This document shows positions 9,761-19,443 of a stretch of 64,000 nucleotides of DNA, one piece after another. Under the pieces are notes generated by a model. That model was given only the letters and a program-made list of their open reading frames with translations. It did not search any database and was not told the origin of the DNA. The stretch is from positions 149,963 to 213,962 of the forward strand of contig CAZMHV010000001.1 in assembly GCA_964566225.1 (NCBI GenBank), in the 5' to 3' direction. Source of the stretch: an uncultured Gammaproteobacteria bacterium. Its GTDB lineage: Bacteria > Patescibacteriota > Patescibacteriia > Magasanikbacterales > UBA922. The position numbers were made by a program, and so were the translations under genes. The first letter of the stretch is position 1, and each line of letters opens with the position of its first letter.

Positions 9761-10618
9761 ATGACAAAATTTTTTACCTATCTTATTTTTATTGGTCTGC
9801 TTATTTACGTGCTCCTCAATGGAGTCACCTGTGTTACCATCAAAAAAGAATTTTATTCTTCTTCAAATTCTGGTGATACGCCTGTGGTTGTGACAAATCC
9901 AAAACTCGCAAAAGCGAGTGAGCCAGTTCAACCACAAGAAATCACAACAGAAACAATTGCCAAACTTACGAGTCAAGGTGAAAACGCAAAGAAAATCTGT
10001 AAAGATTTACAAGGACAATCTGAACTGTATATTTCTCACGACCAAAAAATTCCAGAAGAACGAATTCGTTGTACTTTTAAACTGAGTGGATCGGGTGTAG
10101 TGACATGTGAACAACGTGAGTTGGCTGAACAAACGTGTTCTGTGCAGCTCTCCAATAAATGTAGCCAGCTTGGAGGGACATATATTCAAAGTGAAAAGTC
10201 TTCTGTCTGTTCTTTTGGTAAAGCTGGTGAGTGTACTTCAGACCAGTTGCAGTATGATAACTGTCGACTCCAAAATGTATATGTTCAAAATCTTACCTAT
10301 ACGGTTCCTGAGGCCTATACTGTTTCTATTTCAAAAACTCAGGCAACAGAAAATCCATTTATGATTACTTTTTTGAGAAAAGATATTTCCAAGTGTGGAA
10401 AATTAGAAATCTTTAAAATGGATTATTTTACCAAAAGAGAAGCCGTTGCTCCAGCTGGAACTGACGAAAGCAAATTGTGTAACTATATTCCACGAAAAAC
10501 ACAGAAAATAACTTTGGGTAACGAAACATTTGATGTATGGTTTTATGCGGATATTGCTGATGCTAACGTACTCGGTGAACTTGAAAACATTTTGACAACG
10601 ATTCAGATAAAAAAGTAG
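9761..10618 (+). CDS. Hypothetical membrane-anchored Cys-rich protein with two DUF333-like repeats
   Basis: N-terminal TM; two C..xGG/QG...C.F...C...C units. Confidence 0.65.
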   Translation: MTKFFTYLIFIGLLIYVLLNGVTCVTIKKEFYSSSNSGDTPVVVTNPKLAKASEPVQPQEITTETIAKLTSQGENAKKICKDLQGQSELYISHDQKIPEERIRCTFKLSGSGVVTCEQRELAEQTCSVQLSNKCSQLGGTYIQSEKSSVCSFGKAGECTSDQLQYDNCRLQNVYVQNLTYTVPEAYTVSISKTQATENPFMITFLRKDISKCGKLEIFKMDYFTKREAVAPAGTDESKLCNYIPRKTQKITLGNETFDVWFYADIADANVLGELENILTTIQIKK

Positions 10619-10620
10619 AT

Positions 10621-11040
10621 ATGAGGACCGTAATGATTTTTGGGACATTTGACGTCGTGCATCAAGGACATCTGCATTTTTTTCAGCAAGCCAGAAAATA
10701 TGGTGACTATCTCATCGCAGTTGTGGCTCGTGATGCTCGTGCAGAAAAGATTAAAAATAAAAAATTATTGCATACTGAAAAAGAAAGAAAATTTTTTTTG
10801 GAAGCAATCAAATATATTGATAAGGTTATACTTGGAGATAAAAAAGATGTGTATGCTGTTATTCACAAAATAAAACCAGATTGTATTGTACTTGGCTATG
10901 ATCAAAAGCATTTTACCGAAAAACTCCAAGAAAAAATTGAAGAGTTTGGATTACATACTACCGTAAAAAGATCCAAACCCTACAAACAAAATACTTTTAA
11001 AACAACACATATTCGTACTCAACTCGAAAAAAGAATGTAA
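10621..11040 (+). CDS. Cytidylyltransferase-family nucleotidyltransferase, archaeal RibL-like FAD synthase
   Basis: FGTFDVVHQGH (HxGH), VVARD and IVLGYDQ. Confidence 0.8.
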   Translation: MRTVMIFGTFDVVHQGHLHFFQQARKYGDYLIAVVARDARAEKIKNKKLLHTEKERKFFLEAIKYIDKVILGDKKDVYAVIHKIKPDCIVLGYDQKHFTEKLQEKIEEFGLHTTVKRSKPYKQNTFKTTHIRTQLEKRM

Positions 11041-11042
11041 CT

Positions 11043-12086
11043 ATGCCACATCGAAAACTTCTCATTGCTACACAAAACCCAGCCAAAGTGAAAGAAATCA
11101 TGCACGCGTTTGAAACGCTTCCTTTTGAGCTCGTTTCACTCAGTGATTTTTCAAATATCACTGTACCCGAAGAGCCCTATAACACGATTGAATTCAATGC
11201 TATTGCCAAGGCAAAGTACTATGCTGAGCAAACTGGACTCTTGTCACTCGCCGATGATTCTGGTATTTTTGTAGATGCTCTTGATGGCTGGCCTGGAGTC
11301 CACAGCGCACGCATTGGTGAAACCGATGACGAACGAATGAACAAAGTACTCGAGCAATTAAAAGATGTGCCCAAAGAACAACGTGGTGCCTCATTTCGGT
11401 GTGTGCTCGCGGTTGTGGATCCCAAAACAAATTCCATCCACACTTCATACGGCGAAGAGCAGGGGATACTGCTTGATGCGCCAGTGCAAGAACGTCGTGC
11501 TGGCTTTGGGTATGACCCAATCTTTTTTCTCCCAGAACTCGGCAAAACCTATGCAGAAATTCCCGTGGAAGAAAAAAATAAAACCAGTCACCGTGCCAAA
11601 GCACTGCACCAAATGGAATATGTTTTAAAAAAAGAATTTGGTGCACGTCACATTGTAGTGCCCTGTGGTTTCATTATCCAAAATGGACAACTCTATTTGC
11701 AAAAACGCAACGATCCATTCAGACCAGACTACCATGCTAAATGGGAATTTCCTGGCGGCGGAGTTGAATTCGGTGAACAAATTATTTCAAATGTGATTCG
11801 CGAAGTAAAAGAAGAAACTGGTTACGAAGTAGAAGTGGTGCAGCCACTCACTCACATTCAAGTAGAACCTCAAGAATATCCAAATTTTTCCTATCAAGTG
11901 TATCTCATTCCAATGGTCTGCAAAATAGTGGGTGGAAAATTTGAAGCACGAGATCACGAAGTGATGGAAGGAAAATGGTTTGACCTTGATGAAGTGCCAA
12001 GTTTACCACTGGTAGGGAATGATAAAGAGTTTTATGAAAAAGTGGTTGATGAGTTAAAACAAGTAGTTTTAAAATTCTCTTTATAG
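11043..12086 (+). CDS. rdgB: RdgB/HAM1 XTP/dITP pyrophosphatase fused to a C-terminal NUDIX domain
   Basis: ATQNPAK, ADDSG, GFGYDPIF and SHR, followed by WEFPGGGVEFGE...REVKEETG. Confidence 0.92.
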   Translation: MPHRKLLIATQNPAKVKEIMHAFETLPFELVSLSDFSNITVPEEPYNTIEFNAIAKAKYYAEQTGLLSLADDSGIFVDALDGWPGVHSARIGETDDERMNKVLEQLKDVPKEQRGASFRCVLAVVDPKTNSIHTSYGEEQGILLDAPVQERRAGFGYDPIFFLPELGKTYAEIPVEEKNKTSHRAKALHQMEYVLKKEFGARHIVVPCGFIIQNGQLYLQKRNDPFRPDYHAKWEFPGGGVEFGEQIISNVIREVKEETGYEVEVVQPLTHIQVEPQEYPNFSYQVYLIPMVCKIVGGKFEARDHEVMEGKWFDLDEVPSLPLVGNDKEFYEKVVDELKQVVLKFSL

Positions 12087-12091
12087 ATTCT

Positions 12092-12448
12092 ATGAAAGAC
12101 TCTGAACTAAGAGGTATTCCCCCCGAAGAATTCACTCCTCCAAAAGTCTGCTATCTTCTATTTGGTGATTATCATGCTAAGACAAATGAAGAGTTGAACA
12201 GTTTGGTAGAAAAAGTAATTGAAGAAGGGGATATGGATGCTGAACAAAAAGAGTGGTTACAAGATACCTATAAAAATGGAGGAGATTCAGACAAAAATGA
12301 TATTGCTCTGATGGCATTTATTCATTATTCACCCTATCGTGATCTGTTGCTTCAATATGCAAAAGAAAGAAAACTTGCGGGTCGCCAACCACACATTCAT
12401 AATATCGCTGATATCATGATGTCCTACTCTCGAATTTTTAAAGTATAA
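12092..12448 (+). CDS. Hypothetical protein
   Basis: 118-aa ORF tightly packed in the operon; no motif recognised. Confidence 0.6.
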   Translation: MKDSELRGIPPEEFTPPKVCYLLFGDYHAKTNEELNSLVEKVIEEGDMDAEQKEWLQDTYKNGGDSDKNDIALMAFIHYSPYRDLLLQYAKERKLAGRQPHIHNIADIMMSYSRIFKV

Positions 12449-12475
12449 ATCATATCTGTGTTTTAAGTAAGCCAT

Positions 12476-13711
12476 ATGCTCGACATGAAATTTATCCGTG
12501 AAAATGCGGAACTCGTAAAACAAAATTGTGTGAATCGTCATGTAAAGGTAGACATTGACGAACTTTTGCGTTTGGATGAACAACGAAGAGAAATAATTAA
12601 ATCACTCGAAGACTTACGTGCAGAAAAAAATAAAGGATCCAAAGGAAAACCAACTCCAGAAGAAATTGCCAAAATGAAAGAGCTCGGAGAAAAGGTGAAA
12701 GAACTCGAAGCCAAACAGATTGAAATTGATGCGCAGTACCGCGAAGTACTCATGCGTGTGCCAAACATGACACACAGTGAAACTCCAATTGGTGGTGAAG
12801 ATGATTTTACAGTACTCAGTAAAAAAGAACCACGTGATTTTGGTTTTACTCCCAAAGATCACGAAGAACTCATGCTCAATCTTGACCTCATTGATTTTGA
12901 ACGTGGTGCCAAAGTCGCTGGAGCCAAATTTTATTTTGCCAAAAATGACTTGGTTCGTCTCAATCAAGCCTTGCTCAATTACGGCATGGATGTCGTGACT
13001 GCACACGGATTTACCCTCATGGAAACTCCAGACATGGCCAAACAAGAAATTCTCGAAGGTGCAGGATTTAATCCTCGTGGAGAAGAAACACAAATTTATA
13101 CCATTCAAAACACAGACCTTTGTCTTGTAGGTACTGCAGAAATTACCGTGGGAGGTTTTCACAAAGACGAAATTCTCGATCTTTCAAACGGACCAAAAAA
13201 GTATGTGGCTATGTCACACTGTTTTCGTACCGAAGCTGGAGCGTACGGCAGAACCAGTAAAGGACTCTACCGTGTTCATCAATTTACCAAACTCGAAATG
13301 TTTATTTATTGTAAACCAGAAGAAAGTGAAGCCATGCACCAAGAATTGCTCGCTATTGAACGAGAGATCTGTGATGGTCTTGGATTCCCATATCGCGTGA
13401 TTGACATCGCCAGTGGCGATTTAGGAGGTCCTGCGTACCGCAAATACGACCTTGAGGCCTACATGACCATGAAACAAGACTACGGTGAAATTACTTCAAC
13501 CAGTAATTGTACAGACTACCAAGCCCGCCGCCTCAACATTCGTCACCGCAATGCCGAAGGAAATACTGAATTCGTGCACACACTCAATGGTACTGCCGTG
13601 GTACTCAGTCGTTTTCCCATTGCCATTTTAGAAAATTATCAAAATGAAGATGGAAGTATCACTGTTCCAGAAGTGCTCCGCAAATATATGGGAAAAGATA
13701 TTATTAAATAA
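12476..13711 (+). CDS. serS: Seryl-tRNA synthetase
   Basis: MLDMKFIREN, GTAE, CFRTEAG, GLYRVHQF and HTLNGT motifs. Confidence 0.98.
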   Translation: MLDMKFIRENAELVKQNCVNRHVKVDIDELLRLDEQRREIIKSLEDLRAEKNKGSKGKPTPEEIAKMKELGEKVKELEAKQIEIDAQYREVLMRVPNMTHSETPIGGEDDFTVLSKKEPRDFGFTPKDHEELMLNLDLIDFERGAKVAGAKFYFAKNDLVRLNQALLNYGMDVVTAHGFTLMETPDMAKQEILEGAGFNPRGEETQIYTIQNTDLCLVGTAEITVGGFHKDEILDLSNGPKKYVAMSHCFRTEAGAYGRTSKGLYRVHQFTKLEMFIYCKPEESEAMHQELLAIEREICDGLGFPYRVIDIASGDLGGPAYRKYDLEAYMTMKQDYGEITSTSNCTDYQARRLNIRHRNAEGNTEFVHTLNGTAVVLSRFPIAILENYQNEDGSITVPEVLRKYMGKDIIK

Positions 13712-13715
13712 TTAC

Positions 13716-14441
13716 ATGAAAGACCAAACACTCGTGATTGTTCCAGGTTGGGGAGGAAGCCATGAAACATGGGAAAAATTTATGGTGGCTGCACGTCCGC
13801 ATTTTCAAGATGTGGTGTGTATTGATTTACCTTGTTTTGGTGGAAATGCTTGCCCAAAAACTGTGTGGGGTGTTGAGCAGTATGCTGAATACGTCAAATT
13901 AAAAATAAATAAAATTAAAGAAAATACATCAAACGAAATAATTCTCATGGGACACTCATTTGGTGGACAAGTTTCTGCCTACCTGGTTGCAAACAATCCC
14001 CACATTTGCGATAAATATATTCTCAATGCAGGAGCTGTATTTCGTCCCAGTCGTCCTATTCGTCGCGTATTTTTTTGGCTCTTGGCCAAGACAGGAAAAC
14101 TCGTTTTCAAAATTCCCATGATAGAACATGCTGGTGTGTGGGCCAAAAAAATGCTCTATAAAACTGCAGATTCACCAGATTATAGCAAAACCAGTGGCAT
14201 CCAAACCGAAATTTACAAAAAAATTATTCGCCAAGACCTCACCAATGAGCTCCCGAAAATCACCACTCCAACATTGATTGTGTGGGGAACCCTCGATAAA
14301 TATCTTCCGCTCAAAGATGGAATAAATGCCCAAAAACTCATCAAAGATTCAAAAATAGAAATCATTTCAGGCGGAACGCATGGTTTGCACCTGTTTAAAA
14401 CAGAAGAACTTTTACAAAAGGTAAAAGATTTTGTACAATAA
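13716..14441 (+). CDS. Alpha/beta hydrolase
   Basis: PGWGG, IDLPCFG, nucleophile GHSFGG, WGTLD and C-terminal His (GTH). Start moved to ATG 13716. Confidence 0.9.
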   Translation: MKDQTLVIVPGWGGSHETWEKFMVAARPHFQDVVCIDLPCFGGNACPKTVWGVEQYAEYVKLKINKIKENTSNEIILMGHSFGGQVSAYLVANNPHICDKYILNAGAVFRPSRPIRRVFFWLLAKTGKLVFKIPMIEHAGVWAKKMLYKTADSPDYSKTSGIQTEIYKKIIRQDLTNELPKITTPTLIVWGTLDKYLPLKDGINAQKLIKDSKIEIISGGTHGLHLFKTEELLQKVKDFVQ

Positions 14442-14446
14442 TTGAT

Positions 14447-16045
14447 ATGCCGACACTCTTGGTGGGAACAATTTATATACTCTGGCTTTTGAGCGCGCTT
14501 GTAGAGTACGCTGATTATTGTTCTCTTTGGCAACTCAAAGAATATCGTCGAGATCGATTTCGTGATTTCATGTCTACTGAGCAGGGGAAACGATACTTTA
14601 TTCGTTTTTCTTTTGTGTATCGTTTTTTAGCACTCTTTGCTGCTGTTTTTTGGCCAATAAATGATACTGAAAATATTCAGTTATTATTTTTGGGTGTACT
14701 TGCTTGTGATTTTTTTTATTTCATTTTTCGATTTTTTCGATATGGTTTGAAACGTCCCAAGCTTACCGTGAAGGCACTTCTTATTATACTCACATCAATG
14801 GCAGTAGGAGGGAGTATATTTTTTTTCAGTCAAGATTGGGTACTTCCATTTTTTCTTTTGGTAAGTCGGTTTTTTATCCTTACTGCTGTCGTGGCATTGT
14901 GGGAGTTGCCTACACGTATCTCCAAAAAATATCTTATTGCTTCCGCAACAAAAAAAATGAAAAATTATCCCAAGCTTACGGTTATTGGTATTACAGGCAG
15001 TTATGGAAAAAGTTCAGTCAAAGAATTTACATCACACCTTCTCTCACAAAAATATAATATTATCAAAACACCCAAAAATACCAATAGCGAAATTGGTATT
15101 GCCAAATTTATTTTACAAACAAATTTTTCAGAAGCTGATTTTTTTGTAGTAGAAATGGGAGCCTATACAATGGGAGAAATCAAGCTCATTTGTGATATGG
15201 TTCAACCTACCATAGGTGTACTTACTGCTGTTGCCGAGCAGCACCTTTCGCTTTTTGGGAGCATGAAAAACATCCAAACTGCCAAATATGAATTGTTGCG
15301 TTCTCTGCCACCGACTGGTCTTGTCATAACCAATGCTGACAACCATTACTGTACCGAATTACTTTCTGAACTTCAATGCAAAAATGTCATCACATTTGGT
15401 ACAGACGAAGAAAAACATCCAAATTGTCTTACCACAGATATTCGAGCTACTACCCGAGGAACAGAATTTGAAGGCACATTTGATGGTCATACCGGACGAG
15501 TTTCCACACCGGTTATTGGCGCTCATCATGCTTACAATATTGCCCCTGCAGCGATTATTGCTCTTCGTTTTGGCCTCACACGTGAACAAATTGAACATGG
15601 ATGTGCCACACTTCCTACGGATATTCATGGTTCATTGCAAATTTATCACTATGGCGCGGCAATCATTGTTGATGATAGTTACAATTCCAATCCACAAGGA
15701 TTTAAATCAGCGCTTGATGTGTTGGCTTCGTATTCATCTGAGAGAGAACGTATTGTTATCACTCGTGGTATGCTTGAACTGGGTGAAAAATCTTTTGAAA
15801 TGCACGAGCGTATTGGAGAAGAAATTGCTTTTGCGGCTGATCAATTGGTAGTGATTACACCAGATTTTTTGGAGCCACTGCAGCGTGGTGTTGGTCAAAA
15901 ATATCGCACCAAGGTTTTATTTATTGATGAGCCTGAAAAACTTTTGCAATATTTACAGACGTTGAAAGAAAAAAAATGTGTGGTCTTACTTGAAAATCGT
16001 CTTCCAGCAAATATTGTTTCTGAATTATCAACCTATCATTCATAA
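14447..16045 (+). CDS. murF: MurF-like Mur ligase with N-terminal membrane helices
   Basis: GITGSYGKSS, VEMGA, DDSYNSNP and GMLELG; about 4 TM helices at the N-terminus. Confidence 0.85.
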   Translation: MPTLLVGTIYILWLLSALVEYADYCSLWQLKEYRRDRFRDFMSTEQGKRYFIRFSFVYRFLALFAAVFWPINDTENIQLLFLGVLACDFFYFIFRFFRYGLKRPKLTVKALLIILTSMAVGGSIFFFSQDWVLPFFLLVSRFFILTAVVALWELPTRISKKYLIASATKKMKNYPKLTVIGITGSYGKSSVKEFTSHLLSQKYNIIKTPKNTNSEIGIAKFILQTNFSEADFFVVEMGAYTMGEIKLICDMVQPTIGVLTAVAEQHLSLFGSMKNIQTAKYELLRSLPPTGLVITNADNHYCTELLSELQCKNVITFGTDEEKHPNCLTTDIRATTRGTEFEGTFDGHTGRVSTPVIGAHHAYNIAPAAIIALRFGLTREQIEHGCATLPTDIHGSLQIYHYGAAIIVDDSYNSNPQGFKSALDVLASYSSERERIVITRGMLELGEKSFEMHERIGEEIAFAADQLVVITPDFLEPLQRGVGQKYRTKVLFIDEPEKLLQYLQTLKEKKCVVLLENRLPANIVSELSTYHS

Positions 16046-16053
16046 ATTTTTTT

Positions 16054-17310
16054 GTGTTAAAGCCATTATTTACTGGATTCATGCCAAATCTAAAGTCTGA
16101 AGATGTTGTAAAGGCGTTGTCTTTTTTGGCTCCTTGGAATGCATCAAAATTGCAGCAAGGAAATGCTGAAAAAAAAGTAGAAGAGTGGTTACAAAATTTT
16201 TATACAGGTTCCTCTGTTTTTTGTTTTGATAGTGGAAGAAGTGCACTTTATATAGCACTCAAAGCCTGCGAACTTGAACCTGGAGATGAAGTCTTGGTCC
16301 AGGCCTATACTTGTGGAGTCGTGAGTAATGCTATTGTGTGGAGTGGTGCTAAACCAGTATATGTAGACATTACTACAAATTTCACCATGGATGCTACTGA
16401 TCTTGAGAAAAAAATTACTCAAAAATCAAAGGTACTTATTATTCAACACACTTTTGGTATTCCTGCAGATATTGATGCACTTCAAGCACTTGCCAAACAG
16501 CATAATCTGCTCATAATTGAAGATTGTGCCCATGTTATGGGAGGAACATATCAAAATCAACTTTTGGGCACTTTTGGCGACATTGGCATGATGAGTTTTG
16601 GCACTGAAAAACCCGTCTCTTGTGGACGTGGAGGGGCGCTTCTGACCCAAAATTCAGCATTGGCACAAAAAATTTCTGCGTTACAAAGTTCACTCTCCTA
16701 TGCTCCAAAATCCGTTATCCAAAAACAACTGTTTACATTTGTAGTATTTTTTGTCAGTAAACCATTGTATTTTTGGGGAGTAGGGAAGTGGGTTCTTGGA
16801 TTATTCAAAAAGTTCAATCGTATAAGCAAAATTATTGAACCCCAAGAAAAAAGAGGAGAAAATCTTCCTTTTTATCCGTCACGACTTCCACATGCTTTGG
16901 CATATATTTTATTGAATCAGTTGTCTTCGTTGCAACAGTTCAATACTGTGCGACATGAGAGTGCCACCTACTATAAAACTGAGCTTGAATCAACTTCTTT
17001 TGTTCCTTCAAGTATACGAGAGTGTGATGAAATTATTTATTTTTTACGTTTTCCATTACTCGTACCAAATCCTGCCGAGCTCCATACTTTGGCCAAAGAA
17101 CAGGGGATTTTACTCGGGGATTGGTACTCCACTCCTATTGCACCTGCTGATGTACATGCTGAGCGTATGGGGTATGTTGCCAAGAGCTGTCCTGTGGCCG
17201 AAAAATTAGCCGCACAGTCAATTAATTTACCAACGCATTATAGTCTTACGCCTTCAGATCGAGAACGAATCGTCAAACTTGTACAAATGTATGCACGTTC
17301 AAATCATTAA
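16054..17310 (+). CDS. DegT/DnrJ/EryC1/StrS-family PLP aminotransferase
   Basis: DSGRSAL, QHTFG, IEDCAH, SFGTEK (PLP lysine) and NLPTH. Confidence 0.9.
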   Translation: MLKPLFTGFMPNLKSEDVVKALSFLAPWNASKLQQGNAEKKVEEWLQNFYTGSSVFCFDSGRSALYIALKACELEPGDEVLVQAYTCGVVSNAIVWSGAKPVYVDITTNFTMDATDLEKKITQKSKVLIIQHTFGIPADIDALQALAKQHNLLIIEDCAHVMGGTYQNQLLGTFGDIGMMSFGTEKPVSCGRGGALLTQNSALAQKISALQSSLSYAPKSVIQKQLFTFVVFFVSKPLYFWGVGKWVLGLFKKFNRISKIIEPQEKRGENLPFYPSRLPHALAYILLNQLSSLQQFNTVRHESATYYKTELESTSFVPSSIRECDEIIYFLRFPLLVPNPAELHTLAKEQGILLGDWYSTPIAPADVHAERMGYVAKSCPVAEKLAAQSINLPTHYSLTPSDRERIVKLVQMYARSNH

Positions 17311-18310
17311 AAATACAACAGATTGGGAACAATTTTTTTGCACGCAACCCTTTACTCCATTTGTTCAGTCTGGTCGTTATATTGATTTTTATAAACATTT
17401 ATCCGAAGATGGATTTATTTTGGGTATTTACGAAAAGGATACGATTATTGGTGGATCCGTGGTGGTTACCACTCATGCCAAACGTGGAAGTTTTTTGTAT
17501 TTGCCGTATGGTCCTTTGTTACCTGCACAGCAGACCAGTGAAGCTTTGGGTCTTTTTTTGAAATTTCTTACGGACTATGGGCGAGAAAAAAAATTCGATT
17601 TTATACGGGTAAGCCCATTTTTGGACGAAACTCTCACCACAAAAAATTTGTTTGAAACACATGGATTTCGTTCTGCTCCCATGCACGTGCTTGCCGAAAA
17701 TACCTGGCTTCTCGATGTAACTCCGAGTGAAGATGTATTGCTTCAAAACATGAATAAAAACCATCGTAATCTCATCCGTCGCTGTGAACGTGAAGGAGTT
17801 ATTATCAAGCAAACAACACTGCCTTCACATTTGTCTGGACTCAGTGATCTGCTCGATATTACAGCCAAACGTCATGGGTTTAGACGTTTTTCTGCAGAGT
17901 ATATTGAACAAGAATTCAAGAGTTACCTCCCTGACCATGTTGTTTTATTTGAGTCGTTTTTACCCGATGGTACCCTCGACGGAGCTGCTGTTATTATGTT
18001 TTATCATACCATGGCAGCATATAGGCACAGTGCGTCTTTGGGTCTTAACTCCAAACTTCCTACATCGTATTTACTTCAGTGGCGAGTGATACAAGAAGCC
18101 AAAAAAAGGGGAATGCACTGGTATAACTTCTGGGGTATTGCGCCCGAAGGATCTTCTTCAGAGCATCCATTTTTTGGTATAACTCATTTCAAAAAAGGTT
18201 TTGGAGGAATCAAAAAAGATCTTCTGCATTGTCATGATTATCCTCTCACCTATCGATATTGGCTCAACTGGATGGTTGAAACCCTGCGTCGTTTCAAACG
18301 TGGATTCTAA
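17291..18310 (+). CDS. FemABX/FemX-family peptidoglycan peptidyltransferase
   Basis: YLPYGP, RNLIRR, YLLQWRVIQEAK, YNFWGI and GITHFKKGFGG. Confidence 0.9.
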   Translation: MHVQIIKNTTDWEQFFCTQPFTPFVQSGRYIDFYKHLSEDGFILGIYEKDTIIGGSVVVTTHAKRGSFLYLPYGPLLPAQQTSEALGLFLKFLTDYGREKKFDFIRVSPFLDETLTTKNLFETHGFRSAPMHVLAENTWLLDVTPSEDVLLQNMNKNHRNLIRRCEREGVIIKQTTLPSHLSGLSDLLDITAKRHGFRRFSAEYIEQEFKSYLPDHVVLFESFLPDGTLDGAAVIMFYHTMAAYRHSASLGLNSKLPTSYLLQWRVIQEAKKRGMHWYNFWGIAPEGSSSEHPFFGITHFKKGFGGIKKDLLHCHDYPLTYRYWLNWMVETLRRFKRGF

Positions 18311-18311
18311 T

Positions 18312-19316
18312 ATGAAAAAAAGCCTGTTCAACCCTTACAAGTTAAAACGAAAAGTAAAACGTGGTGTGTTTTCATCACAGCACGGTGTTGGTATTGACGA
18401 ACGACTCTCTCTTCGTCCATTTGATGGAGAAAAACGTTGGAGTCGAAATCCCTATGAACCTCGTCCTGCACAAGCACTCAAACGAAAAGTAGAAGTGGGA
18501 ATTTTTGTCGTATCACTGCTGACAATTTTTGGACTTTGCTTTTTTCATCCATATTTTTCAATTCGTGTGTATTCAGTCTCTGGACTTCACCGAATGAATG
18601 AAAGTGTTCTCACTCAATCAATTCAACATCAACTTGAAGGAAAAAAATATTTTGTTTTGAACAAAAATAACTATTTTGCTATTGATGTCTCCAAAGTACG
18701 AGATAATTTACTCAGTGAATATTCTTTTCAATCAATTCGAATTCAAAAGAAGTTTCCACATACGCTTGCGGTTGAAGCAGTTGAGAAAACACCGGTGTTT
18801 TTGTATGACAGTGGCAAGGAATACACCCTTATTGGTGAACAGGGAGAAAAACTTGAAGTTATTCGTGCTGTGGGTCCAGATGAGTGGAGTGTTGTTTCAC
18901 GTATGGTGAGTTCTACCAGCAGTACCGCAGAAGGATTTGCACAGCAAGAAATAGTAAGTCAAACACATCGTCCCAATACGGCCAACTTGGTTGTCGCCGG
19001 AGTAAGTTATCCTATTTTATTTGATGCACGTGAAATTTCACAAAGCCGTGAGTATATATTTCCAATTCATATTGTTCAAGGTATAAAAAAATGGAATGAA
19101 TTTCTCATATCCAAAGGCATGCCTCTTTCTTTTATTGAAATGCAAGGTGGGGGAGAAGAGGGGTATATTCATTCAACCAGTGGTTGTAACATTGCTATGA
19201 AGTTTGCTGATGCGGATATTGCTTTTCCTGTATTTTTGTCGCTTTTGCCACAAATTGATAAAAAGACATGTCAGTATGTGGATATGAGATATTTGAGTCG
19301 GGTGTATTGGAAATAA
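18312..19316 (+). CDS. FtsQ/DivIB-like cell division protein (POTRA)
   Basis: Basic N-tail, one TM, POTRA-like ...KKFPHTLAVEAVEK, and C-terminal YVDMRY..RVYWK. Confidence 0.8.
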   Translation: MKKSLFNPYKLKRKVKRGVFSSQHGVGIDERLSLRPFDGEKRWSRNPYEPRPAQALKRKVEVGIFVVSLLTIFGLCFFHPYFSIRVYSVSGLHRMNESVLTQSIQHQLEGKKYFVLNKNNYFAIDVSKVRDNLLSEYSFQSIRIQKKFPHTLAVEAVEKTPVFLYDSGKEYTLIGEQGEKLEVIRAVGPDEWSVVSRMVSSTSSTAEGFAQQEIVSQTHRPNTANLVVAGVSYPILFDAREISQSREYIFPIHIVQGIKKWNEFLISKGMPLSFIEMQGGGEEGYIHSTSGCNIAMKFADADIAFPVFLSLLPQIDKKTCQYVDMRYLSRVYWK

Positions 19317-19415
19317 ACCGAGTCAGTGGGGAAGTGTGGGCTGCTTGGTGTGAAGTTACACCATGAGTTGCCTACAAATGAGCTAAAAGAGGTGTGTTAT
19401 CAAAAGTAATATACT

Positions 19416-19443
19416 ATGTCGCACAATGTATCTTATGCGACTT
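19416..19443. other. dif-like chromosome dimer resolution site (11-6-11)
   Basis: ATGTCGCACAA-TGTATC-TTATGCGACTT, compared with E. coli dif GGTGCGCATAA-TGTATA-TTATGTTAAAT. Lies in a gene-free gap where gene orientation converges. Confidence 0.8.

Noticed and set aside
19326-19340. GTGGG-N5-GTGGG resembling an MraZ box or KOPS
   Set aside because: Only two units, downstream of ftsQ rather than in a promoter, and not a GGGNAGGG match.
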